A stretch of 63,229 nt of DNA, the filler included, from Folioceros fuciformis (taxonomy: Eukaryota): NCBI GenBank assembly GCA_049999805.1. It is 11 parts of 11 records of this genome, joined end to end, with 100 filler letters (N's around TTAATTAATTAA, not from the genome) between each part and the next. Parts side by side here need not be neighbours in the genome. Positions count along the whole stretch, not along the records: positions 42,961 to 49,880 come from JBNGIO010003419.1; positions 49,981 to 56,021 come from JBNGIO010003420.1; positions 56,122 to 58,396 come from JBNGIO010003423.1; positions 58,497 to 60,386 come from JBNGIO010003424.1; positions 60,487 to 63,229 come from JBNGIO010003427.1; 6 more parts are not named here. One strand, given 5' to 3'. The translations under genes and the position numbers were made by a program. Every line of letters starts with the position of its first letter. Positions within the stretch are counted from its first letter, which is position 1. Positions 49,694 to 62,779 of the stretch are shown in pieces. Under the pieces are notes generated by a model. It did not search any database. It had not been told where the DNA came from and worked only from the letters and a program-made list of their open reading frames with translations.

Positions 49694-50403
49694 CTGCGTA
49701 GTACCCAACAAATACGAGGTCAACAACCCACCAAACTCAGTACAAGCTCAATACTTAAAACAAAACAACCGAGAGACAAAAGATTCCGAATGGCATACAG
49801 GCCGCTAAGACCAACCCCCACTCCAGGTCGGCACCGTTCACGCACCTTGGCATCCACCCAGACCTTCCGATTCTCATTCTNNNNNNNNNNNNNNNNNNNN
49901 NNNNNNNNNNNNNNNNNNNNNNNNTTAATTAATTAANNNNNNNNNNNNNNNNNNNNNNNNNNNNNNNNNNNNNNNNNNNNCGCCTTACTGCCACCAGCCT
50001 GCACTGACTGTCCCAGCTTCAGTGAGCTTGACAAATGAGAGTAGCATTGTGTGGATCCCGCTGCCTGCGCAATGCCGATCCCAGCCTGGAGTGGTAGGAT
50101 TGCTTGCTAGGACGGGACGTGCGCTAGGCTGCTCGTCACAGTGCCACTCGCGCTGCGAATGCCAGTCTGACAGCGTCACCTTTGTCCCATCAACGTATCG
50201 CTTGCTGCCGGATTCGCTCCATCTGTCGTGTCTTAGACCTGTGTGTGTGCTTCTGTGTCCGTATCCGTCTCCGTGTGTCCGTGTCGCTGTCACTCACTGC
50301 CGTGACGCAGCCGCTCTCTGGATCGTCACTGCTTGGCTTGGATACCCGCCTCATCACAGCCTCACCAAATCTGCACTGAGTACCGCAGATTGACATCGAC
50401 GAC

Positions 50404-53400
50404 ATGAACCACAGCTACGGCCGCAGCCTGCACATGCTGCACCAGCAGCACCCGGATTCCTGCTTCTCCCAGGTCTTGGATTCCAACACCGATTTCCAGC
50501 AGATGTTGGGGGATGTCGGGGGGGACGCCGGCCCGCCCTCCTACTCCAGTCTGCGGGAGCACGGAATGGGGCACGGGCAGCAGGATGTGGAGCCGGAGCA
50601 GTGCTTCGTCTCCATGCCGTCCTCCAACACCTGCTACGGTAACCCGTCGCACTCGCAGGGGGGCTCACCGGCCACGCCCCCCCCGCAGACCTGCCCATGG
50701 CCCCAATTTCAGACCTCGGACGTGCTCATGGCGGGGCATGGCCAGGGCTACGGGGACATGAATCCGCTGCACCAGCACAGGAACGGAGGATCCGAGGCCG
50801 CCGGGCTCGGCCCCGCCATGGATCAATGCTCACTCTCTTCTGATCAGGCCGGCCTGATCGCCAACAACAATCCCTCCCACATTAGCGCTCACCACCAGCG
50901 GATTTCAGCTTCCCGGGAGGAGATGTGCTCTGAGATGGGAGATTGGTGCGGGACTCCCCACCAACAACAACAACAGCAACAACAACATCAGCAGCAGCAG
51001 CAAATGCTGGATTCCGGCATGCGCTACCTCCCTCCCGTCTCCATGCTCGCTCCCGGTGGGAACGGGGCCAGCCCAAGAGTGGCCGGAGGGGCAATGCCCA
51101 TGTCCGTGGGCGGCTCCGCCAACCCCGTCGCCAGGATGCTCAACATGTCTCACATGGCCAGCAACAGCTCCACCACCACCAACAACACCACCAACAACAA
51201 CAACAACGCCGCCAACAACAACAGCAACAGCGTCGTCGTGCCCATGAGCGGTGGATTCCCGGGCAGCAATCTGCTTCAGAACCCCCCTGGCCTGCTGGCC
51301 GGGGGGGGAATGATAGCGCAGGAGGGAGGAGGAGTCATGAATCCCGGAGCTGCCTTCATTCCCCGCCATGGCCACCACCCTCTGGCGACAAGTCCCACTA
51401 CCCACAATTCCTTCCAGCTCTTCAATCCGGCTGCGGTGTCGGCGGCCATGGACAGGGTGCTCAACAGGGCGGGAGGCTGGATGGGCCAGACCGTCGACGG
51501 GGGCCAGGGGAACATAACCCACCTGCAGGGAGGTTGCGCGGCGCCCGGAGTGCGCCTCGCCACCTCCCACTGCCTGGCGCAGTTCTCCTCCGACCCAGGC
51601 TTCGCTGAGCGGGCTGCCCGCTTCTCCTCCTTCACCAATGCCAGCCGGCCCGGGCCCGGAGGCAATCTGGCTATGGAGGTGCGCACTCAGCAATCCCGGA
51701 GAGCCTCGCCGGTCAAGTCCGCCCAGCAGGATGCCGGGGAGGGCTCCAGGCTGTGGAGGACCAACAGCTGCCCGCCGCTCAGCACAGATCACCTGCAACA
51801 ACCCAATGCCCAGCCCAATGCCGCCCAGGAGAGCAGCAAACCAGCTGCTTCCGAGGCGGCAACCAACTCTTCCGGCTCGAATGCCCCCGCCTCCATGGAG
51901 ACGGAGCAGAGAAGCCCCTCTGCTTCTACCGCCACAGAGTCGCAGAGCCAGCGGGGTGCGGTATCCGACAAGAGACGGACTGTTCCCGCTAGGAACAGCG
52001 CCGGAAAGCGGCTCGCCAGAACCTCCAGCTGCCCCTCCACGGTGGCCAAGCTTCCCTTGGACGCTGTGGTGAAGGTGGAGGAAGGATCAGAGCAGCAGAA
52101 GGAGTCCAGCGATGGCCCTGAGGATTCCTCCAGCTCCGACCAGGACAAGGAGGGCTCCAGTGACAGCCAAGGCAAGAAGAGGAAGTCTGAAGACAAGATC
52201 TCTGCCTCCTCCAAGAATGCAGCTGACAACGGCTCCCGCTCTCCATCCACACCTGCCAAATCTGCCAAGGTGAGTGTTTCCATCCCACTCAGGCTACGAA
52301 GTGCTGCTCCTCTGTGCTGTTTGGATGCAGAGTGGCTTCTAAACGCAGGACTCAATGCTGTAACTGTAGAACGAAGACGCTCCTGCTGCGAATCCCAAGA
52401 GAAGTCGAGGAGACAAGGACACCAAGAGCTGCGGCGATTCCGGAGACAGCACTAGTCCTGGACCAGCCAAGGAGAGCAGCAAGCCGCCTGAGCTTCCCAA
52501 GCCCGACTACATCCATGTTCGTGCTCGGCGTGGGCAGGCAACCGACAGCCACAGTCTCGCTGAGAGAGTGAGTCATCGCTCGCTCTCTAGTCCTTCCCCA
52601 TGACCTTTTCACACACATCCTTTGCAAGTGCCAAGCGTGATGTCATGGCTTCTTACGTCTCTACAGGTGAGGCGTGAGAAAATTTCCGAGCGCATGAAGT
52701 ACCTTCAAGATCTTGTCCCAGGCTGCAGCAAGGTATGTTTCTTGCGGCTCTCAAGCTTCCTCCCAGTTCCAACGAAAAACTGTGAGGATGCCCATGAGTC
52801 CCACCGATCTCGTTGGCTCATGAACATCCGTTGTTGTCCATGTGCTGTTTAAACAGGTTACTGGCAAAGCTGTGATGCTGGATGAAATCATCAACTATGT
52901 GCAGTCCCTACAGCGGCAAGTGGAGGTGAGATTTCTTGGACATGCATGCCATTTGTAATCCACACACTCGAGGCACTAGGTAGCGGTGGATCTTCGTTTT
53001 CCTGATCATGCTTTGTGCTGGTGTCGTGTGGATGCAGTTTCTTTCTCTGAAGCTTGCGGCCGTGAACCCAAGATTGGAATTCAACATGGACACCATCATA
53101 TCTAAAGAGGTTCGCACCCAACTGCTTGTCCCAATGCCCAGGCATCGTGGAGTGTTAAGCAGTCGCTAGTGGGGAGGCTGAAGAGGTTTTTTTGCAATGC
53201 TACAGATGTTTCAGCAGCAACGAAACTCACTCCAACATCAACCTCAACAGCATCACCTGATTATGGGCCATGACTCGATACCTATGCCGTCCCCATACCC
53301 GACCCACCTCCTGCACCAGCACCCAATGGCCATGCAGATGGGTGCCACCTGCGCCATGGACATGAGGACCATGGGGGCTCCCTATGACGCACTGAGGAAG

Positions 53401-53671
53401 AGCATGAACGCACCCATGTCTCCGTGCCTGGATAACTATGGAGATACCGTTTCTCAGGTGAATGCCTTGGCATGGTGTACGATTCCAAGGAGGGCTTGAT
53501 AGCGTGTGTCCTGTCCATGTCCCTGCCTTCCCCAAGGCCTGGGGTACTCACTCACCTGCGCTTTTGGTGCTCACTGTGCAGACATCAACAGTGTGGGATA
53601 ACGACCTCCACAGTGTTGTGCATCACATGGGATTCGGCAATCTGCCTATGACTTCCGGGGGGAATTGCTGA
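50404..53671 (+). CDS. bHLH transcription factor, subgroup XII (CIB/BEE/BPE-like); exons 50404-52269, 52370-52567, 52667-52732, 52857-52925, 53038-53109, 53206-53457, 53582-53671
   Basis: [77 protein letters not shown]; upstream motif [21 protein letters not shown]-terminal [12 protein letters not shown]; poly-Q and poly-N tracts. Confidence 0.93.
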
Positions 53672-55559
53672 AGTGTGGACTTTGTATTGAATCATCAGTG
53701 TACATTTAGGAGAGGCGAGTGGTGTGGTTGGCTGCTCTGTAAAGTAGTAGGAATCTTGTGATGTAGAATGTTGGGTTCCGAGAGGCAACCGTGTAGGAGG
53801 AGCTTGCTACGCAGGCAAACTCAAAGAAGAGGAAATATTGTAGCTACAGTGAGAGAGTAGTGGTGGCACATGTCCAGCAGGAAAAAAAGTTTTTTCTTCG
53901 AGGCTCGCAAGGCCCCGCGAACAGGTAGTGCAGTTGGTGGTGTCTTGTTCCCTCCACACTTGAATGTGTGATGCGAGATGGTTTTTACAAAGAAAGCTAT
54001 TATACAATAGTACTGTTGTGTACCATCCAGCCCTGTTCTTTTGTGTTTCTCCTTCGTGGCAGCTTCCCCAGGCCAAGCTTTCCCCTACTATGGTGCAACA
54101 TGCAGCATGCTTTGGCTCTGCTCAGCCTGTGGTTGCTTGTGGCGGGGGGCAAGCCAAGGGGTAGGGCCAGGGGCAGGTTTGCTGGCTGTGTCCTACACAA
54201 AGTCAGAGTGACATCATAACTTGGGCTCACAGGTCGGTCCAGAATCAAGCTGCATGTCTCTTTGTAGCGCATTACAGGACTTTAATGAAGTCAGCCGACA
54301 TTCATCCACTCAAAGAAAAGGCGGCCAACAACTAGAAGCCGAAGGAGGACAACATGGGGCAAGGGCAGCCAGTGTCCTCCGATGTTGGATGGTGAGGGTG
54401 AGGGGTGAGGGGTGAGGGGTGAGGGTGGGACTGGGGAGCCGGGCCCCGCTCTCCGACCAGAGCAATCCATCTCCCTACATAGTAAGCAGCAAGCAGCTTG
54501 GAGGAAGGAAGGAATATGTGATGAGGCCCAACGGAAACGGGTCCACCCGATCCGTCCAAGACGGCAAACCAGTTGTTGCAACTGGTGGGAGGGCGTCAGT
54601 TGTGCGTCAGCCCAGCCTAGCGAGGCGCACTGAGCTCATGGCCTAACTAACGACGAGATGCTGAACACNNNNNNNNNNNNNNNNNNNNNNNNNNNNNNNN
54701 NNNNNNNNNNNNNNNNNNNNNNNNNNNNNNNNNNNNNNNNNNNNNNNNNNNNNNNNNNNNNNNNNNNNCAAGGCTAGGCTGATACTGGAGCTGGGGCTGG
54801 GGCTGGTGCTGGGGCTGGGGCTGGGACTGGGACTGGGACTGCCAATAGGGTCCACCTGTGTGCCCTGTGGCCTGTGCTGTGCTAGGGTGCAGGGCCGCTT
54901 GTCCCATCCCCACGGACCTGCTCCTGCAGCCGCACTAGTACCATGTAGTCTAGTGCATTGCACTGTGCACTTGTCACCCGCAACTGCTATGTGAACGGGG
55001 AGTGTGACGCACAGGGCATCGGATATCCCGAGACCGAGACCTAGCGAGCTGCAGAAAGGCAGAAAGGCAGAAAGCCAGCCCATGGCTAGCTACAGTGGCG
55101 CTGCGCTGCCGCAGCTGTGTGTACACTTTGCCATGATATGCAGCAGCTAGCGTTGCCATATCTATCGATCTGGAGTTTGGGCCCATTCCCCATCATTTGA
55201 GATTCCGGCACGGAACGAATGTCACATGATCCAGCAGCTTGATCAAATCCTGGGCCTGGATGGAACTCGGAGGCCAGATCATGTAGTCAATCAAGCCAGG
55301 TGGTAGGGCGTACATATCCCCAATATGCACACACACTTGCACAAGCACACTACACAACACAGCAAGCCCACACACAGTGCCAGCGGTACCAGTAGTGGCA
55401 GTGCAAGTGCACGCAACGCAACAAACACAAGTCGCACAAGCTCAGCTCCAGCCCCGCACAGCACAGCACAGCACAGCAGCAGCGGCATCTTATCGCATCT
55501 TATCGCTCCCGATGTGGTAGCAGCAGTGGCGAATACGATACATGCTAGCTCTCTCTTTG

Positions 55560-55692
55560 TCTGGCTCTGGCTCTGCCTCTGGCGCTGCCTATGTCTGTCT
55601 GTGGCTCTGGCTCTGGCTCTGACTCTGCCTCTGCCTCGCCCTCTGCATCTGCCTCTGCATCTGCATCTGCCTCTGCCTCTGGCTCCGCCTCT
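55560..55692. repeat. Hexanucleotide microsatellite (CTCTGG/CTCTGC/CATCTG)n; related tracts (GGGGTGA)n at about 54390-54428 and (CTGGGG/CTGGGA)n at about 54785-54842
   Basis: Directly visible simple repeats. Confidence 0.85.
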
Positions 55693-56121
55693 CCAGCACA
55701 AAAAAAAAACGCACACCTTGGCAGGCAGGCGTGCTGCCACGCAGGGGCGAATGGCCGGGAGCCAGAACCTGGGCCGATTTTGGGGACAGGGACAGGGACA
55801 GGGGCAGGGTCGGGGTCCCGGTCCGGGTCTGGGTCAGCGGCCGGTCCCCATCCCGGTCACAGGCCGGCCCAGCCACCAGGGACACGCACAATGAATGCAC
55901 CAGTGAAGCACCGACGTCCGGCTTCAGACGACGACGACGTCGGACGTCGGGAAAGATGCCCTAGTCGGACGGATTGCGGGTCAAGTGTTTAACGGCCCAC
56001 AACGGGCCGGTGCCGGAGTTGNNNNNNNNNNNNNNNNNNNNNNNNNNNNNNNNNNNNNNNNNNNNTTAATTAATTAANNNNNNNNNNNNNNNNNNNNNNN
56101 NNNNNNNNNNNNNNNNNNNNN

Positions 56122-58396
56122 CTAGGCTAGTGGTCCTATTAAAATAATATTTCTCAAGTTAGAGAGAGCTGAAGTCAGAGAGAGAGAGAGGCTCCTATAA
56201 GATCAGGTGAGCCTGGAGGAGGAGGTAGTCATTCACTTTGGGAGTCAGTCTATCCCTTCGTAAGCTCGTGGAGGTCCTCTCTTCACGAGCTCTTGTGGTC
56301 TGTCCCTACTTGGTTTAGGACCTGCAGTGTGTTGCCGGCTGTGCAACGTTTGGTAGGATCGCAAGCCGCGTGTTGCCGGCTGTAGAATGTCTGGTAGGAT
56401 TGCAAGCAGCGTGTTGCCGGCTGTACAGTGTCTGNNNNNNNNNNNNNNNNNNNNNNNNNNNNNNNNNNNNNNNNNNNNNNNNNNNNNNNNNNNNNNNNNN
56501 NNNNNNNNNNNNNNNNNNNNNNNNNNNNNNNNNNGGTAGGATCGCGGGCAGCGTGTTGCCGGTTGTATAGTGTCTGGTAGGATCACAAGGTGTAATCCCC
56601 AGGATCTCACCCGCTGTGCTCTCCCTTACTCCACTCATCAATCCTCTGTATACATTCTCCCCGTCTCAGCAGTCATCGATTCACTTCCACCCACTCCGCT
56701 TCACTTCCGGCTTCGACTCCTTCTAGCGTCCTTTCACATTCGCTCTTACTCACTACTCGGTCACTCGTTTCTCCTCTTTCTCACACACGCGCACTCTCGC
56801 GCTCTTCTTTCTCCGGTTCTTCGGTCTTCTTTCTCAGCAATGCCCCTCCTGGGCTCCTATGAACGTTGAGGAATGGTGAGGTACCGGGGCTAAGGGAAGA
56901 GGAATCCCTTCCACTCCAAACTCGCGGATTCGGCTCCGACGCCCACACCACCCACGTGACCACCTCGAGGATAGCTAGGGAGCTTCTCTCCCACTCGGCG
57001 AGGCTCCTCCTCCCGATTCGTCCCCGGACTTGATCATGGAGCGCCCACGACCTACACCCGCACCCCAGGTTGCTACGTGCGCTCGCTTGCCTGGACCTCC
57101 CGTCTAGCTACGGCCATCGCTAGGTCCCTGCAAGGTCGACTGTTCGGCTGGTTCTCGCTGATTTCTTAGGCCTTCAAACTGGCCTCTTGTACATGGTGAT
57201 GGCGGTTTTTCCGCCATAAAGTCTGTCAGGCAGGGAGGCTACGCTCTTAATTTCTGAGCGACTTGGGTCCAAATAAAGCACACTAAAAAAATCCTATTCT
57301 AGCATGCATTTACTATCGCCCTGTCCCACGCCGTTGGCGGCTTCCTCCTAGCCTTCGCACGTCACCCCTCGCTGCTCCTCCTCTCGCTCTTCTGCCCCTT
57401 CGTTGGTCCAGCAGATCCTCCCAGAGGATCTCCACATCACTGCTGATACTGCTGGACCTGGTTGGCGGTGCAGGTGGGTCCCACCGCTGTGGTTCACTAC
57501 TCCTCCTCCTTCTCTGGTTACTGAGGACAGCCACAGGCTCCCGTTCTACCCAGCGCTGGGCCTCCTCTTCCGTCAGTTCCTCCAGAACTGCGTTCGCATA
57601 GCAGTGGGGCAGTCCTGTCACCCCCACCAGCTGTAGTGGTAGAGTCCCAGGCGCGTCCTCAATTGCAAGCCGTAGCCCCGCGTCCCTCCTGTGCCCATGC
57701 GTACATACAAAAACAACTTCAGAACTCAGGCTCCTTCTACATAGAGGCCCGCCACATACGAAGCCTCCTCCTCATATTGCAGCAGCACCCGACCCTCTAT
57801 CATAAAGGAGGTGCTTACCCCTTCCTCCCTTGGGCTACCTCGGGCTGCTTGCCCCCTGCTCTCCTGGGGTACCGGAGGGTCCTCCATCCCTCTAGCTGCT
57901 GCTTCCCCCTGCTCGGTCCTCCTGGCGCGAGTCGCTTTTCTAGAGCGACTGGGCACATGCGCCTCCGCCAACACCTCTTCGACTACCGGGGTCGGGGCTT
58001 CGGCTACCGGCGTCGTCTCTCCTCTACAAGTAGTCTCCTCGGCTACCTTCGTTGTCGCTCGACTACCAGTAGCCCCTTCGACTACCGGCATTGTCGCTCT
58101 ACTACCGGTAGCCTCTTTGGCTACTGGCGTTGTCGTTCGACTACTTCGCCCAGTCTTGCCCTTCCTCTTCACTCGCTCCCTGGCCTCGTCCCGCTCCCGC
58201 TTGTACTTGTCGGCCACCTTCTGGACTCGTTCCACTCGGCCATCTCCTGCTCTTGAGCCCTAGCCATCTCCTGTTGCATATCTAGATTAGTCTCATGGGC
58301 TTCCCTCACCTGAGCTAGGAGTGTCCCCTACTATTCCTTCAGCGCCTGTATCTCTGTGAACCTCCAAAGTTTGGGGTAGTAGTTTGTTTTGGTTGA
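56122..58396 (-). mobile_element. LTR-retrotransposon fragment: terminal repeat shared with 21136-21502 plus a degenerate coiled-coil/repeat ORF (57313-58235)
   Basis: Shared repeat with tandem 39-mers; low-complexity ORF ...TPVAKEATGSRATMPVVEGATGSRATTKVAEE... of the kind seen in retroelement accessory regions. Confidence 0.55.
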
Positions 58397-59044
58397 NNNN
58401 NNNNNNNNNNNNNNNNNNNNNNNNNNNNNNNNNNNNNNNNTTAATTAATTAANNNNNNNNNNNNNNNNNNNNNNNNNNNNNNNNNNNNNNNNNNNNTTCG
58501 CTTAACGACCTAAACTATGCATGACGCCGGGATACGGGCTAGTCAAGGGCAACCTATCTCGCTACCCCCCCACTTAGACTATAATCCCGCCGTCGTGAAC
58601 CTCACATGTGCCGTAATCCGCGCCGTCTCTTAGCTTGCACATACTCTCCGTCTGCAGATCGAGTTGTAGCTATGCTAAGTGTTGGCGGAATTTCGCACTT
58701 GGACGACAGCTTTATCCTGCTGCTCCTGCTTGGGCTGCTAGTCTGTGTCGCCACCTGGGAGCAGAAAAGATTTTCCGGGAGGAGTTCAAGGCTCCAGAAG
58801 GCTGGGAGACTTGAGCTTGGCAGGGAGGAAAGGCTGCGCCACAGGATGAGGATGTCGCATGCTCAGCTCCGGCAGCTCAAGGGATTGTCTCCTGCTTCTT
58901 GTCTTTAGGTATGCTCCGTTTTGGAGATGCCCTGAGGTGGCGGCNNNNNNNNNNNNNNNNNNNNNNNNNNNNNNNNNNNNNNNNNNNNNNNNNNNNNNNN
59001 NNNNNNNNNNNNNNNNNNNNNNNNNNNNNNNNNNNNNNNNNNNN

Positions 59045-60222
59045 GACTACAAGGCCCAAACCTTCACAGTGCGCGGTATGGCGCTCCTTAGTCAGTGGTT
59101 TTGTGAACAAGTCAGCAAGTTTCTGGTCTGTAGGTACGTAGACCAGGTCTATCTCACCTGAGTCCACGGTTTCTCTAATGTAGTGCTGCTTCACTGCAAT
59201 ATGTCTTGTTCTGGAGTGGTGAACTGGATTTCTGGATAGGGCAATGGCCGATTGATTGTCACAGTAGATGGTTGTGGCTCCAGGTTGTGAAAACCCTACA
59301 GAGGCCATAAAGCGCCTGTTGTAGACTGTTTCCTGAGCAGCTGAGGTTGCGGCTGTGTATTCAGCCTCAGTGCTGGAGAGGGCCACCACTGTCTGCTTCT
59401 TAGATGTCCAGCTGACTGCTCCTCCAGACAGAATGGTGCAATTTGCAGTAATCGACTGCTTGGAGTCCTTGTCACTGGCCCAGTCGGAGTCAGAATAACA
59501 GATAAGTAGCGGGAACTTCCCTTGCGATTTGTATCTGATGCCGAGATATTGTGTGCCCTTGAGGTAACGCAGCACCCTCTTAACTCCTGTCCAGTGTGCA
59601 TTGCCAGGATTTGCCAGGAACCGCGAGAAGATGCGAGTAGCAGGGGACACATCATGTCTAGTCCATCCACTAATCCATATTAGACATCCAGTTAACATGT
59701 TGTAAGGCTTCTTTTCCATCTCTTGCTTTTCAGCATCCGTCTTTGGACTTTGTTCTATAGAGAATTTCTCTCCCATAGCCATGGGAGTGATGGCGGGCTT
59801 ACAGTCTACCATCATGAACCTCTCTAGCATTTGCCTTATATAATGAGCCTGGTGACAGAGTATACTTCCCTTATTTGGACTAATGAATATCTGTACACCT
59901 AGAAAGAAGGTGAGCGGACCCAAGTCCGTCATAGAGAATTCAGCCGTAAGAATAGACTGAACCTTCTTCATTGTGTCAGGGGAGTTAGCAAATATCAATG
60001 CATCATCAACATATAGTGCTAGAATGGCAAATGTCTGCCCTCCTCTAAGGATGTACACATTTGTGTCTGCATCACTCTGACTGAATCCTGACTGGATCAG
60101 GTAGGCGTGTATCTTCTTATACCATACTCTTGGTGCCTGTTTCAGGCCATACAGGCTCTTTTTTAACCTGCATACTTTATGAGGTTCTTTCTTACTAACA
60201 TATCCTTCTGGCTGTGTGATAT
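59045..60222 (-). mobile_element. Ty1/copia reverse transcriptase-RNase H (open frame), interrupted at about 60223 by a TGTTG-starting LTR-like sequence
   Basis: QPEGY...VCRLKKSLYGLKQAPRVW, ALYVDD, DLGPLTFFLG, YSDSDWA, VALSSTEAEY, IYCDNQSAIAL..NPVHHSRTRHI, QKLADLFTKPL. Confidence 0.95.
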
Positions 60223-60591
60223 TGTTGAGTTATCGAGCTCTATATGAGCTAAACTCATGTGGTGTTAGTTATCCCAGTTGGGTTCATACTAGACTAGTTC
60301 TAGTTATTAGTGAACTTAGGATAGTGTAGATTATCCCACATTGAACCTGGAAGTTGTGTAGCCCTAAATGTACTACTTAAATGGAGNNNNNNNNNNNNNN
60401 NNNNNNNNNNNNNNNNNNNNNNNNNNNNNNTTAATTAATTAANNNNNNNNNNNNNNNNNNNNNNNNNNNNNNNNNNNNNNNNNNNNGCTATAAGGTTCAC
60501 CTGCCGTCTTCTTGCAGCACTCGTACTCGAAGTGCCTAGGGATCCTGCACGAGTTGCAGGGTCCCTTTGTAGTTCTTCGTTGCTGTTGTTG

Positions 60592-61700
60592 CTACTTATT
60601 TTCGTTGAAAGTCGGTTGTGTTCCAAATTGATGAACGGGCCTCCTTGTGGCAAGGTTTGGTCTGAGGCCGCCCCGTCTTCCGCCTGTACCTCGTGATGTG
60701 AAAAGAGCGTGACTTGGGCCTGCACTAAACTTGGGATTGCTTGCATGGCTTGATTCTTCCTCCAGCAAGGCTCCCACGACTTCTGAAAGAGTGTAAGCTG
60801 GTACTCCTCTAGATGCCGCTGCCTGAATTGACTGCCGCAAGACAGAGTTCTGAGAACTGATGAAAGTTCTGTAAGAGGGAGGAAGAGAAGTGAGTAGTGC
60901 GACGACTGCTTGCAACTCTGTGACAGTTGTGCCGCTGGCTACAAGCTTGGCCCGCAAGGACCTGAAGTTATGGATGTGCTGCTCCACAGTTTCGCCTTCT
61001 TTCATTTTCAGCGCATAAAACTAACGTCTGGCGTTGATTAGGGACATGAAGCTTTAACTTGGAACATGTCCTTGAAAACGCTCCACACTTCTGCTGAGGT
61101 ACTCTGACCTTGTGTGTGGGGTAGCATNNNNNNNNNNNNNNNNNNNNNNNNNNNNNNNNNNNNNNNNNNNNNNNNNNNNNNNNNNNNNNNNNNNNNNNNN
61201 NNNNNNNNNNNNNNNNNNNNNNNNNNNGTAAGAGGGAGGAAGAGAAGTGAGTAGTGCGACGGCTGCTTGCAACTCTGTGACAGTTGTGCCGCTGGGTGCA
61301 AGCTTGGCCCGCAAGGACCTAAAGTTATGGATGTGTTGCTCCACAGTTTTGCCTTCTTTCATTTTCAGCGAATAAAACTGACATGTGGCGTTGATCAGGG
61401 ACATGTAGCTTTGAGCTTGGAACATGTCCTTGAAAACGCTCCACACTTCAGCAAAGGTACTTTGACCTTGTGTGTGGGGTAGCATACTCTTTTCTAATGT
61501 AGAAATAAGAGTGTTGCGTGCTCTCTTGTCTTTCTTATGCCAGGCTGCAATCTTGTCAAGGGTTGTAGGAGGCACGGTAGTTATGGATGGTTGCTTTAGG
61601 GTTCTATCTACAACTGACATCAGATCATGCTCTTCTAAGAGCGCAGTGATGCGCACCTGCTATGCCTCAAAATCACTTTCGTCGAAGCGATCTTAGTCAC
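60592..61700 (-). mobile_element. Ty1/copia gag (UBN2-like) remnant, partly duplicated on both sides of an N gap
   Basis: W.KKDKRARNTLISTL...VWS.FKDMF...FYSLKMKEG.TVEQHI..F..L..KL...G.....L.SLPPSY. Confidence 0.85.
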
Positions 61701-62129
61701 GGAACTCTATCTTAGAGATAATTGTGAAAGGTATAAAAAGGTGTTGACGTCATCATTATGTAGTGCTGAAAAAGTCTGAGGGGATCAAAAGATAGCATCT
61801 ACATGGGGCTCTTCTGTAGGTAAGACTCTACTCTACCTAGACGTACGGTTGTGTTGAGAACTTTCTGATTACCAGGCGCAGTGCTTCTAATTGAGGTTCT
61901 AAACAGGCGAGTTGAATCCTAAGACAATCGTATGTGGAAAGAAGACAAGAAGAGAGCACATGAGAGGCATCATCAGGTTGAGTTGGTGCGGGTTTGACCG
62001 ATTGAGTGAGCTTGAAGTTTTTACTGGGCGAGAATGATGATCGCAAGTGTTACATTTGTGCTCAAGGGAGATAGTCTACGTATGGGAGGTTTGTTCAAGG
62101 ACTCCGAGGAGTAGTTGCAGAGACGCTGG

Positions 62130-62335
62130 TGGTGCTGAGGTGCCTTACTGACAAGTACGTAAATTGAGGTGCTAAGGTGCCTTACTGACAAGTACGTAAA
62201 TTGAGGTGCTGAGGTGCCTTACTGACAAGTACGTAAATTGAGGAAGTACGTCTTCTAGGCATCTTGTTGGATGGTGCCTTACTGACAAGTACGTAAATTG
62301 AGGAAGTACGTCTTCTAGGCATCTTGTTGGATGAG
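62130..62335. repeat. Tandem repeats with core GTGCCTTACTGACAAGTACGTAAATTGAG (five copies in 38- and 60-bp units)
   Basis: Directly visible; lies between the primer-binding site and the gag remnant. Confidence 0.85.
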
Positions 62336-62442
62336 AGATTGCTAGAGCTAAACGCAATGAGTATTCTGCAGGGTCATGGCGCTGGGCTGTGAGGGCCTAG
62401 GTGAGGAGAGGAGGATGGCACATGGCAGCATGGAGCAAGATG

Positions 62443-62454
62443 GCTCTAATACCA
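62443..62454 (-). other. Probable tRNA-iMet primer-binding site (TGGTATTAGAGC) 3 nt downstream of an LTR end (...CCACA)
   Basis: One mismatch to the canonical TGGTATCAGAGC; the orientation matches the downstream minus-strand copia gag. Confidence 0.6.
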
Positions 62455-62779
62455 TCTTGTGGAAACGGAGAGAACAATTCTCATGAAAAGAACATCGATC
62501 ATTATGCTAATGGCCGCATATAGGAAAGTATAAACCGCTATTCGGTTTGGGCAGTTTAACTGTTCGTAACTTCACTAACTACGATATTTAATATTTACTA
62601 TTATGTGTGCTTAAGCAGGATAAACCGAAACGTGCCCTAAAAACGTTGTGCATCGGTCTGTGGTGTATGTTGGCGGTACCCCAATGTGCGGTGCGGCGGT
62701 GCGCCAACACCTACGGCTAAAGTTTCTCATGCTTGTAGCCTTCTTCCAACAATCTCTCACTATATAATTTGGTTTGCCA

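Noticed and set aside
55325-55992. 189-aa and 133-aa ORFs
   Set aside because: They translate hexamer microsatellites (LPLPL, ASASAS, RGRGR), so they are not evidence of coding.
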